DNA from: a virus
Length of the DNA stretch: 64,000 nt
IMG/VR virus record: IMGVR_UViG_3300032092_000011
Span: 45,842 to 109,841 of that record
Strand: one strand, 5' to 3'
Position 1 is the first letter of the stretch; each line of letters starts with the position of its first letter. The notes beneath the pieces are model-generated. The model did no database searches. It worked only from the letters and a program-made list of their open reading frames with translations, and had not been told where the DNA came from. Below are positions 1 through 11,503 of the stretch, one piece after another. Position numbers and translations under genes: made by a program.

Positions 1-493
1 ATTTAGAACCATCTTCTCCCGCAGCGCCTTGTACTCCCGCAGCGCCTTGTGTTCCTATAGAACCCTGTGCTCCTATTTCACCCTGTGCTCCTGTTGCTCC
101 TTGTGCTCCATCTAATCCAGATCCACCTTCAAGAATTGTCCAAATACCGTTTCCTCCATATACTAAATTATATGCAGTGTATGGAACATCCATTGAAGAA
201 TATCCAATTGAATTGATATTAACACCATTTATAATTATATTAGCTGTTTCATCAGGATGCCTGATGATTTTAGGACCTCCATTGCTAATGACTCCATTAG
301 GATCGCTAATAGAGAATGTCATTCCTGGTAAGAGTTTAATTCTACCAGATTGAACAGTTCTAGGAAGTCTAATATAAAAATCAGGACCGCCTGTTCCAGG
401 CCCTAATATAAATTCTGAACTTGTTAATGGAAGGACATAATATGGTTGTCCACCTGTTGAAGTAATGGTACTAACATTAGTAAATGCTGACAT
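1..493 (-). CDS. collagen-repeat fibre protein (N-terminal part, runs off the window edge)
   Basis: Hand translation from ATG at 493: MSAFTNVSTITSTGG...[16 protein letters not shown]...GEDGSK. Gly-X-Y repeats like the neighbouring gene. Confidence 0.75.
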   Translation of the reverse strand, partial: MSAFTNVSTITSTGGQPYYVLPLTSSEFILGPGTGGPDFYIRLPRTVQSGRIKLLPGMTFSISDPNGVISNGGPKIIRHPDETANIIINGVNINSIGYSSMDVPYTAYNLVYGGNGIWTILEGGSGLDGAQGATGAQGEIGAQGSIGTQGAAGVQGAAGEDGSK

Positions 494-579
494 TTAAAGT
501 GACGTATTTTTGGTATCTTTACTATGTATCTATCCCTAAAAATAAGTTAAAAATTTAGAATTATCCTAAATTCTAAATT

Positions 580-611
580 GAGAATGCCTAAGACTAGTCT
601 TAGGCATTCTC
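580..611. terminator. perfect inverted repeat, probable terminator or processing hairpin
   Basis: GAGAATGCCTAAGACTAGTCTTAGGCATTCTC is fully palindromic and lies just after the 1646-aa gene. Confidence 0.55.
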
Positions 612-631
612 TTTATACTAATTTTGTATTA

Positions 632-3600
632 TTAGTATGGACTTATAGTCGGCATATTAAATACAATAATATTAGGAACTTGTGAATTTGGGGGTAATTG
701 AATCCAACCGCCTTGAGGATCAATACCACCAGAAATACAATTTGAACCAACATAATAGTTATCAACTGCATTTACATCATTCCATAATGATAAGTGTAAT
801 CCAGTTGGTGAGTGCATATAAACAGAATCTAATAAAATGCTTCTATCTTGAGTACCTACTTGCGGTGCAGTTAAGATAAATCCACCACCTGAAACAATAT
901 CCATTGATGTTTGATGCAATATAATTCTATGTTTTATTGAACCGTTTTGAGTTTCTCTAATAATCCATGAATTTAATGCTGCATAACCCGTACCTACGTC
1001 TGGTGTTGATTCTATATCATAGCCTTGATGATTAAGTTTTAGTGTTGATGATTTAGAACTAATAGTTCCACTAATCAATCTAATAACTGAAGACCAACCT
1101 TGTGCTGTTGAAAATAATTCTAAATGACAATTATCAACGAATAAATCGGCATTTACAACTTCAACAACAACGCCATCCATAAATCCAGAATCGCTGCAAT
1201 CAACTTTAACATAAATATCATTTAATGATATTATCATTTCCGATCCATCGTTACCTTGAATTAATCCTCTACCATTAACATATATTTTGCTTTGACTTCT
1301 TCCGCCTCCCTTTATTTTAAATTCAGCACCGTTGTTTATTTCGAATATACATGAAAGTTGACCACCTACTGCATTAATTCTTACATTTGGTGAAAGATTT
1401 AAAGCAACAGTACCGATAATATCGATTGGATTTGTAGCTGACATGCCGTAAATACCAGGATTTACGTAAACTTCATATCTTGTAATACTATTTGTTATAC
1501 AATATCCCATTGCTCCTTCAATAGTTGCCCATGGATTTGTAGGATCTCCTAATACAGCAGTACCATCGTTACCATTTGGATCAACATATAATATTTGATC
1601 GTATAATACTGAGAATCCAACTCCATTAGAACCTTGTGCTCCAGTTGGACCTTGGTTACCTTGTGCACCACTAGTTCCATTAATACCTTGGAAACCTAAA
1701 GGACCTTGATTTCCTTGAGGACCCGCAATACCCTGAGCTCCGGTTGGACCTTGACGACCTTGAGAACCTTGAGCTCCCGTAGAACCTTGTGCGCCAATTG
1801 TATTAAATGAGAAATCCCAATTTCCACCATTCCAAGTATAAAAATCACCAGTTAATACATCAATATATGTTTGACCTACAAATGATCCTATTACATTATT
1901 ACTATTAGGATCTCCATTTCCAGAAAGTGTGCCACTAGCACCATTATCACCCTGTGATCCAGTGTTTCCTTGAGGACCAGTTGGACCTTGTACACCTTGT
2001 AAACCTTGAGGACCGGTTGGACCTTGTCTACCCTGTGCTCCCGTCGAACCAGTATCTCCTTGAGCTCCAGTCGGACCTTGACGACCTTGAGAACCTTGAG
2101 CTCCTGCAGAACCTTGAGCTCCAGTAGAACCTTGAGCTCCAGAACTACCAACAGAACCTTTAATATTTCCTTGAGGAATCCAGTTTGCTCCGTCCCATTC
2201 ATAAACATCGCCATTGTCTAAATCTAACCAATGTTCTCCAATAATGAATATTCCTGGATTGTATGCTCCTGGAGGTACTCCATTTTCAGAATACCACTTA
2301 ATAACTTCACCAGTCGAACCTTGTGCTCCTGCAGAACCTTGTGCTCCAGTTGGACCTTGAATTCCTTGAATACCAGTTGAACCTTGCGGGCCATGATCTC
2401 CCTGGAATCCTTTTTCTCCTTGTGGACCCGTTAAACCCTGAGGACCTGTTGAACCTTGAATACCAGTAGGTCCTTGATTTCCTTGAGGACCTGAAATACC
2501 TTGATTTCCTTGAGGACCTAAAGGACCTTGATTTCCTTGAGGACCTGCAACACCTTGAGAACCAGTTGGACCTTGAACTCCAGCTGCACCAACAACCGAC
2601 ATATCAGTAATATAAGTCCATTGCGCACCATCCCAAAGATATAATTTACCATAATCTGGATCGCTTGGATCTAAACTTCCTGCAACTAAACCAAATTCTC
2701 CGGCCGGAGTTGAGGTATCTGATAATAAACTATTCAAATCATTATAGATTTGATTAATATGGAATCCTTGACCAACATCACCTTGGAATCCTTGAGCTCC
2801 AATTGAACCTTGCGCTCCAGTTGGACCTTGGTTACCTTGGTTACCTTGAGCTCCAGTTGGACCTTGGTTACCTTGAGCTCCAGTTGCTCCTTGAAGACCG
2901 GTTGGACCTTGGTTACCTTGAGCTCCAGTTGCTCCTTGAAGACCGGTTGGACCTTGGTTACCTTGTTGACCGGTTGGACCTTGGTTACCTTGAGCTCCAG
3001 TTGCTCCTTGAAGACCGGTTGGACCTTGGTTACCTTGAGAACCCTGTTGACCAGTTGGACCTTGGTTACCTTGAGCTCCAGTTGCTCCTTGAAGACCGGT
3101 TGGACCTTGGTTACCTTGAGAACCCTGTTGTCCAGTCGGACCTTGATTTCCTTGAGCTCCAGTCGGACCTTGATTTCCTTGAGCTCCAGTCGGACCTTGA
3201 TTTCCTTGAGAACCCTGAGGACCAGTAGGACCTTCAGTAGCACCTAACGTTGTAACAATATGTGAATAATCAGCAACACCCTCAGTATAAAACTTAATAG
3301 TTCTATTAGCATTATCATCATTTGTTGCAAATATTTCAACTAATACTTTATCAGTTGGGTCAACATATTTAGTTGTTATAAATAGATCTTGGTAAACATC
3401 AACAATTGTGGTTGCATTTGTGTCCCATCCAATTAAATGTGCATTCGTTGTTCCCCAAACTTGTAAAACATTACCATTTGGATCAGTTCTTGATACTTTT
3501 ACGTATACTTGAATATTATCATTTACCGATGCTTTTGTAAAGTGCATTTTAAATTGCTGAATTCCCGCCGGAACAAGCGCAACGCCTAATCCAACGGGTG

Positions 3601-5572
3601 TTAAGAATTTAGTTACTAATGCATCTGATTGTAGAGCAGTAAGATTCGTTGTAACAGTTTGTTGAGCTCCAGAAACTGGAATCGGAGATATTTCATTAAT
3701 ATCATTTGCTCCTCCTCCATTATTAACAAGAACAACCGACTCATTCATATAGAATGTTTGTCCGCTTGACGAACCTCTATCACCTTGGAATCCTTGAGGA
3801 CCTTGATTTCCTTGAGGACCAGTAACTCCCTGCAATCCTGTTGAACCTTGTAAACCAGTTGGACCTTGATTTCCTTGTGCTCCAGTTGCTCCCTGTGCTC
3901 CAGTATCTCCTTGTGCTCCAGTATCTCCTTGAGGACCAGTTGGACCTTGATCACCTTGAGGTCCTGGAGTACCGGTTACAAACGATATGCTCCAAATATT
4001 ATTTGAAAATACATCATAATATCCAGATCCTCCTGAAATAAACGTTAAAGCATAAAAAGCATATGTACCGTAAAAGCTAGAAGTTGTTATTTCGTAAGTT
4101 GCATAGCTATTAGCGTCTACAGTATTTGTTAGAATAACCTTAGTTCCGGCGGTAATTGAAGATAGAAAAGAAGTCTGATCACCGATTGGATTACCATTCA
4201 CATCAATAGCCTCATTACTTACCAATAATTGAGCAAATCCAGCTAATGTATTACTAGGACCACCATTAAAACGGTAATGTGTATTTGATGGATTTCCTCC
4301 TATGTAATAATGTAATGTTGTTGATGGAGAATCAATACCTGTATCTCCTTGAGGACCGGTTTCTCCTTGAGGACCAGTAGGTCCTTGATTTCCTTGATTT
4401 CCTTGTGCTCCAGTTGCTCCTTGAGATCCAATAGAACCTTGAGGACCTGTAGGACCTTGTACACCATCAGCACCTTGAACCGACATATCAGTAATATATT
4501 GCCATTGGGCACCATCCCATAAATAGAGTGCTCCATAATTTGGATCATTTTGCGGTAAATTACCAGCAACTAAACCAAATTTACCAGGTTGTACATTCTG
4601 GCTTGGATTATCAGCTAATAGCAATTGTAGGTCATCATAGATAAAATCAATTTCAAAACCATATCCAGTATCACCTTGACTACCTTGTGCTCCAACATTT
4701 CCTTGTGCTCCAACATTTCCTTGAGCTCCAGTCGAACCTTGAGGACCTGTTAGACCTTGAAGACCAGTTGGACCTTGGTTTCCTTGAAACCCAGTTGGAC
4801 CTTGGTTTCCTTGTGCTCCTAATCCACCTTGAGCACCTACAGAACCTTGAACTCCAGTTGCTCCCTGCGCTCCAGTATCTCCTTGAGGACCCATTATTGA
4901 ACCTTGAAGAATCCAGTTTCCATTCTGGAAAATATAAACATTTCCGCTATTAATTTCTAAATAGTGATCGTTTTCTTCATATGGCTGACCTGTATATACA
5001 TTAATAGGCTGAGGTTGTATAATATCACTATACCATTTGCTTCCATCAGCACCGCCAACACCTTGAGAACCTACAGCTCCTTGATTACCTATAGAACCTT
5101 GAGCTCCTGTATTACCTTGAGCTCCTGTTGCACCAGTTGAACCTTGAGCTCCTGTATTACCTTGAGCTCCTGCGGAACCTTGTGGTCCAGTTGGACCTTG
5201 TCTACCTTGATAGCCTTGAGTTCCTAAAGGTCCAGTTGCTCCTTGAGCACCAGTATTTCCTTGAGGACCAGTAGGACCGCCAGATGAAACTGATTCAACA
5301 TTCCAAAAGTAATTACCGTTAATATCTTGTCTAAATACTAGTGTTTTACCAATATCTGAATTAGACATTTCATATTGATCTTCGCCGGTTGCATTACCTC
5401 TAATGGCATAATTTTTAATCATTTCTCCAGCAAGAGCAAGATTATAGTCCATTTCTTCGTGTGTCAATGGACGATCAAAATCCGATGGAATTAATGGAAT
5501 ATAAAAACCATTAACGTCACGATGTTTACCGTGATCGAAACTGTATTCTGTGATTTTCTTTAATGTAGACAT
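632..5572 (-). CDS. large collagen-like (Gly-X-Y) tail or head fibre protein
   Basis: Extensive GPQG/GAQG triplet repeats separated by duplicated globular motifs ([25 protein letters not shown] twice); C-terminal beta-helix-like region. Confidence 0.8.
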   Translation of the reverse strand: MSTLKKITEYSFDHGKHRDVNGFYIPLIPSDFDRPLTHEEMDYNLALAGEMIKNYAIRGNATGEDQYEMSNSDIGKTLVFRQDINGNYFWNVESVSSGGPTGPQGNTGAQGATGPLGTQGYQGRQGPTGPQGSAGAQGNTGAQGSTGATGAQGNTGAQGSIGNQGAVGSQGVGGADGSKWYSDIIQPQPINVYTGQPYEENDHYLEINSGNVYIFQNGNWILQGSIMGPQGDTGAQGATGVQGSVGAQGGLGAQGNQGPTGFQGNQGPTGLQGLTGPQGSTGAQGNVGAQGNVGAQGSQGDTGYGFEIDFIYDDLQLLLADNPSQNVQPGKFGLVAGNLPQNDPNYGALYLWDGAQWQYITDMSVQGADGVQGPTGPQGSIGSQGATGAQGNQGNQGPTGPQGETGPQGDTGIDSPSTTLHYYIGGNPSNTHYRFNGGPSNTLAGFAQLLVSNEAIDVNGNPIGDQTSFLSSITAGTKVILTNTVDANSYATYEITTSSFYGTYAFYALTFISGGSGYYDVFSNNIWSISFVTGTPGPQGDQGPTGPQGDTGAQGDTGAQGATGAQGNQGPTGLQGSTGLQGVTGPQGNQGPQGFQGDRGSSSGQTFYMNESVVLVNNGGGANDINEISPIPVSGAQQTVTTNLTALQSDALVTKFLTPVGLGVALVPAGIQQFKMHFTKASVNDNIQVYVKVSRTDPNGNVLQVWGTTNAHLIGWDTNATTIVDVYQDLFITTKYVDPTDKVLVEIFATNDDNANRTIKFYTEGVADYSHIVTTLGATEGPTGPQGSQGNQGPTGAQGNQGPTGAQGNQGPTGQQGSQGNQGPTGLQGATGAQGNQGPTGQQGSQGNQGPTGLQGATGAQGNQGPTGQQGNQGPTGLQGATGAQGNQGPTGLQGATGAQGNQGPTGAQGNQGNQGPTGAQGSIGAQGFQGDVGQGFHINQIYNDLNSLLSDTSTPAGEFGLVAGSLDPSDPDYGKLYLWDGAQWTYITDMSVVGAAGVQGPTGSQGVAGPQGNQGPLGPQGNQGISGPQGNQGPTGIQGSTGPQGLTGPQGEKGFQGDHGPQGSTGIQGIQGPTGAQGSAGAQGSTGEVIKWYSENGVPPGAYNPGIFIIGEHWLDLDNGDVYEWDGANWIPQGNIKGSVGSSGAQGSTGAQGSAGAQGSQGRQGPTGAQGDTGSTGAQGRQGPTGPQGLQGVQGPTGPQGNTGSQGDNGASGTLSGNGDPNSNNVIGSFVGQTYIDVLTGDFYTWNGGNWDFSFNTIGAQGSTGAQGSQGRQGPTGAQGIAGPQGNQGPLGFQGINGTSGAQGNQGPTGAQGSNGVGFSVLYDQILYVDPNGNDGTAVLGDPTNPWATIEGAMGYCITNSITRYEVYVNPGIYGMSATNPIDIIGTVALNLSPNVRINAVGGQLSCIFEINNGAEFKIKGGGRSQSKIYVNGRGLIQGNDGSEMIISLNDIYVKVDCSDSGFMDGVVVEVVNADLFVDNCHLELFSTAQGWSSVIRLISGTISSKSSTLKLNHQGYDIESTPDVGTGYAALNSWIIRETQNGSIKHRIILHQTSMDIVSGGGFILTAPQVGTQDRSILLDSVYMHSPTGLHLSLWNDVNAVDNYYVGSNCISGGIDPQGGWIQLPPNSQVPNIIVFNMPTISPY

Positions 5573-5580
5573 TAAACTGA

Positions 5581-6102
5581 TTAGTATGTTTTGTATGTAT
5601 TATATAATTGAAGTATTTCTTCGATTGATGAATTAAACATCTGATGAATATATCCGCAGTCAATATATTCGCTTTGAGCTTTAATATATTCATCAAGATA
5701 TAATTCATCATAAATTTTACGAACTTTATTAAGTGTTCTAGTGTATTCAGATAATTGTGAAAATTGCATTGCATTAATCTTATCCACATCTTTGGAAATC
5801 CAACCAGTGCCTTCTCTATATTCGATAAAACGATTAGCTCTATCAACACTAAAATTAAAACTTCTTAATGAATATAAACATTGATCGATACAATTTCTTT
5901 CAACTGCTGTTCTAGTGGTAATTGGAGCTGTATTTTGTATATAGTCTCCAAGTTCATCCATATTCATTTTCACAAGAGTTTTGGTTGAGTTTCTAAACTT
6001 GTTTTCTTTCAAAATCATGATTTCATTAACTTCTCCGCCAAATGCTCTAAAATTATCTAGGTAAATGTACGCTAGAACTAATGTGATTCTATCAACTATC
6101 AT
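5581..6102 (-). CDS. hypothetical protein
   Basis: 173-aa ORF tightly packed in the operon. Confidence 0.6.
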   Translation of the reverse strand: MIVDRITLVLAYIYLDNFRAFGGEVNEIMILKENKFRNSTKTLVKMNMDELGDYIQNTAPITTRTAVERNCIDQCLYSLRSFNFSVDRANRFIEYREGTGWISKDVDKINAMQFSQLSEYTRTLNKVRKIYDELYLDEYIKAQSEYIDCGYIHQMFNSSIEEILQLYNTYKTY

Positions 6103-6103
6103 A

Positions 6104-6505
6104 TTATTTCACTCCCATATATTTAGTAAAGTAATAAATGATAATAGTACCTATTCCAGAAAGAAGACCCCATAAAATTTTTGTCGCAGTTGACTTAAAT
6201 TTCATAAGTTCTTCATGTTCTCTTACCATTTTTTCATAATTATCCTCATCTTTTTCTTTTTCAATTCGAAAAGATGTGTTTTTATTCACAGCAACAACAA
6301 TTCCATCATTTGGATTAAGTAGTTGTTTTTTAAGCTCGCGAATTTCATTTTTCATTTCATTTTGATTTTCCATTAGGAGTCGAATTGCTGACTCTAATTG
6401 AATATACGATGGATCTTCCATCTTACGACGAAATGATTCAAAAGCCTTATATAAGCTCTCGATTAACTCTTTTGGTGACTGATTGTCTGGATTTTCTGGA
6501 AACAC
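6104..6505 (-). CDS. coiled-coil protein with C-terminal TM helix (holin/XhlA-like candidate)
   Basis: GTG start, heptad-rich body, C-terminal ILWGLLSGIGTIIIYYF. Confidence 0.5.
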   Translation of the reverse strand: MFPENPDNQSPKELIESLYKAFESFRRKMEDPSYIQLESAIRLLMENQNEMKNEIRELKKQLLNPNDGIVVAVNKNTSFRIEKEKDEDNYEKMVREHEELMKFKSTATKILWGLLSGIGTIIIYYFTKYMGVK

Positions 6506-6585
6506 GATAAGTCCTATTCTTTTTTTATCAGTTTATATATTCTTGACAAAAAAGAATAGGACCAGTTAAATGATATATACTTGGC

Positions 6586-7032
6586 TTAATTGTTAGAATC
6601 TGAACCGTCTAAATTGGCTCCTACAGCATAGTGTGCCATATATTCTTCACGGCTCATAGCATGTTGAGATGCTAAATGTGCAATTTGATCGCGATCAAAA
6701 TTAGGATCTGGAGTTGGAACTTGAACATTTGAAGTTCCAATGTTTTTAACAGACCAAAGTCCATAAGTTAAAACTTGTGGATTTCCAGCATTAGGATTAG
6801 TTACAATAACATCATCTTCAATGCCTTCTTGTAATTTATGAAAATTTTGGCTTGCTTGTGTAATATAGTTTTCAGCTTTTGCAATATGGTCTTGAATCCA
6901 ACCTGGAATATCAAATTCCATAGTACCAATTTTACCTTGCAACTCGGTGGCCGCATCAATAATAGCCTTTAAACTATTATGTGCCATTGAAACTTCATGG
7001 TCTCCAGCTTCTTTAATAAGTTTTTTACTCAT
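6586..7032 (-). CDS. hypothetical virion/head protein
   Basis: Starts MSKKLIKE|A (protease-site-like); preceded by an ATATATA late-type motif. Confidence 0.5.
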   Translation of the reverse strand: MSKKLIKEAGDHEVSMAHNSLKAIIDAATELQGKIGTMEFDIPGWIQDHIAKAENYITQASQNFHKLQEGIEDDVIVTNPNAGNPQVLTYGLWSVKNIGTSNVQVPTPDPNFDRDQIAHLASQHAMSREEYMAHYAVGANLDGSDSNN

Positions 7033-7065
7033 CGGAATTGTATAATTTTTCTATTCTATATATCT

Positions 7066-7635
7066 TTATTGGAAAAGTTCCTTCAGATCATAGTCATCGA
7101 TGGTCTTTTTAAGAGCTTGAATATAATGAGGTGCTTCAGCATAGCTAGCAGAAAGATATTGATAATATGCTTCTTCAGAATTTATACTACCTAAATAACG
7201 AGCTTGGTAAAATGCATAATCATAAACTGATTCTCTCCAAGTATTATAATATGCATGGTTATTTTGAGTACCAGATGATGTTGTAACTCTAGCTCGAGCC
7301 TCTTTCATGCCAAATAGATTATTGTTCTCACGAAAGATGTGGCTTTTCCAGTGACCAGTTTCAACCATCGATTGAGCTAATGGAATCCATGGATATTTGA
7401 TATTTAAATCTTTCATCATCATGACGAGTTTATCCTTGGTAAAAACATCATGTTGTTTGATTTCTATCACTCTCTCCATATCAGACATTCCCTCTAAAGC
7501 CTTCATTTTACCACGTTGATAGGAAATGTACATTGTTAAACAATATGCTGTCGTGATGATTGTAAATACACGTAAATAAGCCTTGAAACTTATTTTTTCG
7601 TGGATAATCTTTGATTTATTGTAACGATATAACAT
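7066..7635 (-). CDS. membrane-anchored glucosaminidase/muramidase (GH73-like)
   Basis: AQSMVETG, NNLFGMK, YAEAPHY motifs and an N-terminal TM helix. Start moved to ATG 7635 because the ORF-track extension overlaps a promoter repeat. Confidence 0.75.
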   Translation of the reverse strand: MLYRYNKSKIIHEKISFKAYLRVFTIITTAYCLTMYISYQRGKMKALEGMSDMERVIEIKQHDVFTKDKLVMMMKDLNIKYPWIPLAQSMVETGHWKSHIFRENNNLFGMKEARARVTTSSGTQNNHAYYNTWRESVYDYAFYQARYLGSINSEEAYYQYLSASYAEAPHYIQALKKTIDDYDLKELFQ

Positions 7636-7654
7636 AATCTTATTTTTGTTTACA

Positions 7655-7697
7655 ATGTAAATATAAACAAAATTTTTCAAACGGTAAAACTTTTTTT
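7655..7697 (-). promoter_or_regulatory. class A (early-type) promoter repeat
   Basis: TTTTACCGTTT...TTGTTTATATTTACAT; one of nine copies in the window. Confidence 0.65.
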
Positions 7698-7762
7698 GAA
7701 AAAAAGTGAAAAAAAGTGAAAAAAGTTTAGAGAGCAAAGTCAAGTGCTGACCCGGCGTACCT

Positions 7763-8125
7763 TCATTTGCTCTCTACTTGTTCGTCTTTACGACGCAAAT
7801 AAAAGTATAAGCCAAAAAATGATGCTGATCCTAGGTAAAATATTCCAGACGTCATCCAATAAGAATTTGTCCATTGCATTACAGTATAAAAAGCTGCGTC
7901 GAAACCCAGGGGGTTCAGAAAGGTCGCTATCACCAAGGCAGCAGTTGCTCGATTCTTTTTGATTATTTTTCTCACGTTGTATACTGTCTCCGTCCATATT
8001 ATTAGGTTGTGATTTGTTGACCATAGTCGACAATCTATATATCTTTTAAAAGAAAAAAGCACCTTGTTTCCAAAGTGCTTTAATTTTTTCATGCTGGACC
8101 TCCAACTCCGAAATAGACCCACCAA
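7763..8125 (-). CDS. small membrane protein (start uncertain)
   Basis: Hydrophobic segments ...IATFLNPLGFDAAF... and GIFYLGSASFFGLYFYL. Confidence 0.45.
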   Translation of the reverse strand: MVGLFRSWRSSMKKLKHFGNKVLFSFKRYIDCRLWSTNHNLIIWTETVYNVRKIIKKNRATAALVIATFLNPLGFDAAFYTVMQWTNSYWMTSGIFYLGSASFFGLYFYLRRKDEQVESK

Positions 8126-8289
8126 TCTGACTCATCGTTTTCATCGATGTGAAAATACGAAAGATAGTCAATATTCTCATGGAGACTATTTTCTAAACTT
8201 TCTAATTTCTCGCACACAGACTTTACCGGGTTTGTCTTACTGGGATCATTTTCAGAAGGACGTAACAGCTCTTCTGATAAATGTTCCAT
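8089..8289 (-). CDS. hypothetical protein
   Basis: 66-aa ORF downstream of an ATATATA motif. Confidence 0.4.
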   Translation of the reverse strand: MEHLSEELLRPSENDPSKTNPVKSVCEKLESLENSLHENIDYLSYFHIDENDESDWWVYFGVGGPA

Positions 8290-8386
8290 AGTGCTGAAAA
8301 ATGATGTTTTTGGTGTGAAGTAGAATTACTTCTCAATCTATATATTATAATAATACTAAAATGTTTACTCTTTAGAGTGAAATATT

Positions 8387-8809
8387 TTAATTTTGTTGTG
8401 TTATCTTACTGTTAACATAATCAGTCAAATCTTTAACACTTCCTCTAAATGCTCTAATATCTACTAATCTTTTATCTTCACCTGGATCTCCAACAAATGT
8501 ATCAGAATCTTTAGATTCATTAAGATTATTCATAATGATAATTTCAACATCTAATGGACTAAATGTGTTTGATAAAATACCAATGTCTTCTAAATTGGCT
8601 CTAACTTGTTTTGCTGCTTTTTCAGCATCTTTTCCAATAAGAGTTTTATGTTTCTTTAAAGCATCTTCAATTTCACGAAGTGCTTCTTTTGGAATATAAT
8701 TAACATGAAGTTGTGCAGTACTATCTAGCGCATCTAAAATATTCTTTGCAATCTTAGAAAGATTAGCAGCCTCATTTACATGTTGTTCGTATAACTTAAT
8801 ATGCTTCAT
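8387..8809 (-). CDS. putative internal head protein with capsid-targeting-like N-terminus
   Basis: MKHIKLYEQHVNE leader. Confidence 0.6.
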   Translation of the reverse strand: MKHIKLYEQHVNEAANLSKIAKNILDALDSTAQLHVNYIPKEALREIEDALKKHKTLIGKDAEKAAKQVRANLEDIGILSNTFSPLDVEIIIMNNLNESKDSDTFVGDPGEDKRLVDIRAFRGSVKDLTDYVNSKITQQN

Positions 8810-8813
8810 GTTA

Positions 8814-9314
8814 TTATTTTATTTGTTGAATAGTATATTCAATTAGTTCTAGCGCTGGTTTTTCTAAATCTTTATCCATTTTAAAGATAGCGCGTTTATT
8901 AAAGGGTTCAAAGTTCATATCAAAATACTTCTTAGCAGCAATAAAGATATCTGCAACTTTTTTTGCTATACCCTTTGGATCTGCTTTAAGTTCATCAATA
9001 GTGAGTGTTATGGTATCACCGATAGATTTACGATAGAGTTTCACACCTTTATCATCTTCAGAACCACACCCTACTTTAACATAAAGCTTATTATCACGGT
9101 TTGAATGCTCAATAACTATAAGAACATTACTAGGTAATCCGAGGTAATTCAAGTACTTACCCCCAAATACTTCACCTGAATAGTAAATGTAATTTGTGCC
9201 GTGATGATTATTTATAATTTCTGGGTTTCTTCCATTCCAAAGAGCAGCATTAATAGTCAATCTTTCTGCTTTTTCTTCGTTAATAAAATGTTCGAATAAC
9301 TTAATATGCTTCAT
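8814..9314 (-). CDS. putative internal head protein with capsid-targeting-like N-terminus
   Basis: MKHIKLFEHFINE leader. Confidence 0.6.
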   Translation of the reverse strand: MKHIKLFEHFINEEKAERLTINAALWNGRNPEIINNHHGTNYIYYSGEVFGGKYLNYLGLPSNVLIVIEHSNRDNKLYVKVGCGSEDDKGVKLYRKSIGDTITLTIDELKADPKGIAKKVADIFIAAKKYFDMNFEPFNKRAIFKMDKDLEKPALELIEYTIQQIK

Positions 9315-9318
9315 GTTA

Positions 9319-9918
9319 TTATTTTAATTTTTTATCATGACCGCCATCTCTAACTTCTTTGGCTAAATCCTTGTCAGCTTTACCCCAAGTTCCATCACCT
9401 TTAGTAAGGAATGAATTTACTCGAGCATAACCCCATTGCTGTTGATTAGCTCCAGGTCTGTGGCCTGTTTTCCAAGCTGCCATACCACGTCTCATTACTG
9501 CTCTAAGAATTCCAATTGGAACTCCGGTCTCTTCAGATTTATTCTTTAAACCAGTTTCAATAGCATCATCATCAATAGGACTTCTATCAGTTGATTGTTC
9601 TACTTCCTCGACGATTCTTGAAATTTCTACACTAGTATATTCAAAAGCCTCATCCTTCTTATCACCGTATAATTCATGATAAGTTTTAGTATGTTTAGAT
9701 GTTTTTACCTTTCCTTTTTCTCTAGCCTCTTCATCTCCAGGTAATTCTTTATAGGCTTTTGGATTATCATCATCCATTTCAGCCTGTTTCTTCATCTGTT
9801 CTTTCTTATCCTCTTCAGTTTCATCATCTAATCCAGTCATATAAGGGTCTGGACCGCGCTTTTTATCAGCTTCAATAACGTATTGTTCGTATAGTTTAAT
9901 GAATTTCATTATAAACAA
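9319..9918 (-). CDS. putative internal head protein, DUF5824-like C-terminal domain
   Basis: MKFIKLYEQYVIE leader (likely start at the second Met); RRGMAAWKTGHRPGANQQQWGYARVNSF resembles DUF5824 from memory. Confidence 0.55.
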   Translation of the reverse strand: MFIMKFIKLYEQYVIEADKKRGPDPYMTGLDDETEEDKKEQMKKQAEMDDDNPKAYKELPGDEEAREKGKVKTSKHTKTYHELYGDKKDEAFEYTSVEISRIVEEVEQSTDRSPIDDDAIETGLKNKSEETGVPIGILRAVMRRGMAAWKTGHRPGANQQQWGYARVNSFLTKGDGTWGKADKDLAKEVRDGGHDKKLK

Positions 9919-11475
9919 TTAGTTTTTTGGCCATAAAAATACTGTTCCTGGATCGCCAAATTGGCCATACCAACCGCATTTATCTAAGAATTTAGCAAGA
10001 TCTTTATGTATTCCTTGTGGATATTTAGATCCACCATGATAATAGTTAAACATATCATCTTTAGCATTTGGCATTAATTTACCTTCACTACCACCTAACC
10101 AAATACCGCCTTCTTCGCCATCAAATTCTTCAGAAGTTTTTACAAAACTAAGGCCATATTTATCACGCATTGTAGTCATCATTTCATCTCTTGTTAAGAT
10201 TTTAGCTTCATTAACTTTAGATTCAAAAGCTTTATCTTTTTTAGGAGCAGGAAGAATATCACCGGGTTGAGGTAATTTATCATATTGTTTTAACCAATTC
10301 TCCTCAAGCATCATACCAAACATTCCATGGAATCTTTTATCTGGAACCTTTGAAGTATCAGGAAAACTTGACATGATTACTTTATTAACATTAATAACGT
10401 AGATTTCATCGGCTTTAGTATCAATTGCATAAGTTACTAAAGTTTTTTCGTAATCTTTAGCCTTAAACATTGCTTCATTAACAAACATCTCTTCATTCCA
10501 AACTACCATTCCACCAGCATCTTCAATATGAATTTTTGCTCTAGGATATTCTCTACGTAATGCTTCAAATTCAGCAGGTAAAATTTCTTTAGTTTTAATA
10601 TCAATTCTTTGACCTACTACTTTTTTATTCTCAATAGCAACTAGTGACCAAGGACCAGAACCTCCAGCCTTAACACCTCTCATCATTTTTGCCCACGATG
10701 TAGTTGCTTCTTCAAATATACCATTAGATGCTAAATCAAAAAGAATTTCAGCAATCTTTTTAGCCTTTGAGCCTTTATGGCCATAACCGCTTACAGTTTC
10801 TTCTGCTTCATCTTTGGTCATATCACCAAGTTCCCATGGATCATATTCTCCTAATAAATCTTGAAGAATTGCTTTTGCTTCTTTTTCTTCAGCAGATTCA
10901 TTAACAAATGATTCTTCAATTTTCTTAGCAGCTAATTTAGAATCTTTCTTAGAAACATTATCTAAGTAAGAACCATCTCCCCACCAAGCAACAACTGCTT
11001 CAGTATCTGCTGTAGAATGAAAACCTGATCCAGCTTTATAGATTGCAATTTCTTTGCATTTACCTGATGCAATCTTCTCTTTAGTAAATAACATTGCGTC
11101 TTTCTCAGATTTAAACTTTTTAGCAGCACGAACTCCATCGGAATAATGTACTTCAAAAGCTTCGGTTATGAATGATTCTTCAATATAGCTCCAAACTTCT
11201 CCATCTAATTCACCAGCACTTAAACCTTCTCCATCAAATGAACCAGAATTTAATTCTTTATCATCTCCGTCATAAATGGTCCACCAAATGTCATCACCAT
11301 CATTGTCTATTTCAAGCCTTCTTTCTTCACCATCTTCATCATAATATTTAGAAGCTAGTTTGCCTTTTACATCCCAACCATCTCTTTTTAAATCAGATAA
11401 AACTGACGACCATGATGAACTACCAACTCTAGCGGCTTCACCAATAAAATGTTCAAATAATCTTACTTTTTTCAT
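9919..11475 (-). CDS. putative internal head polyprotein
   Basis: MKKVRLFEHFIGE leader plus internal FITE/FVNE/KVNE sites. Confidence 0.6.
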   Translation of the reverse strand: MKKVRLFEHFIGEAARVGSSSWSSVLSDLKRDGWDVKGKLASKYYDEDGEERRLEIDNDGDDIWWTIYDGDDKELNSGSFDGEGLSAGELDGEVWSYIEESFITEAFEVHYSDGVRAAKKFKSEKDAMLFTKEKIASGKCKEIAIYKAGSGFHSTADTEAVVAWWGDGSYLDNVSKKDSKLAAKKIEESFVNESAEEKEAKAILQDLLGEYDPWELGDMTKDEAEETVSGYGHKGSKAKKIAEILFDLASNGIFEEATTSWAKMMRGVKAGGSGPWSLVAIENKKVVGQRIDIKTKEILPAEFEALRREYPRAKIHIEDAGGMVVWNEEMFVNEAMFKAKDYEKTLVTYAIDTKADEIYVINVNKVIMSSFPDTSKVPDKRFHGMFGMMLEENWLKQYDKLPQPGDILPAPKKDKAFESKVNEAKILTRDEMMTTMRDKYGLSFVKTSEEFDGEEGGIWLGGSEGKLMPNAKDDMFNYYHGGSKYPQGIHKDLAKFLDKCGWYGQFGDPGTVFLWPKN

Positions 11476-11503
11476 TGTTTAACTATATTTTATAGTCTAT
11501 ATA

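Noticed and set aside
2734-3247. Tandem repeats and alternative-frame ORFs that could look like a CRISPR array or overlapping genes
   Set aside because: They are Gly-X-Y collagen repeats within 632..5572, with no unique spacers; the other frames are shadows.
7636-7743. N-terminal extension of the GH73 ORF
   Set aside because: Covers a class A promoter repeat; ATG 7635 is the better start.
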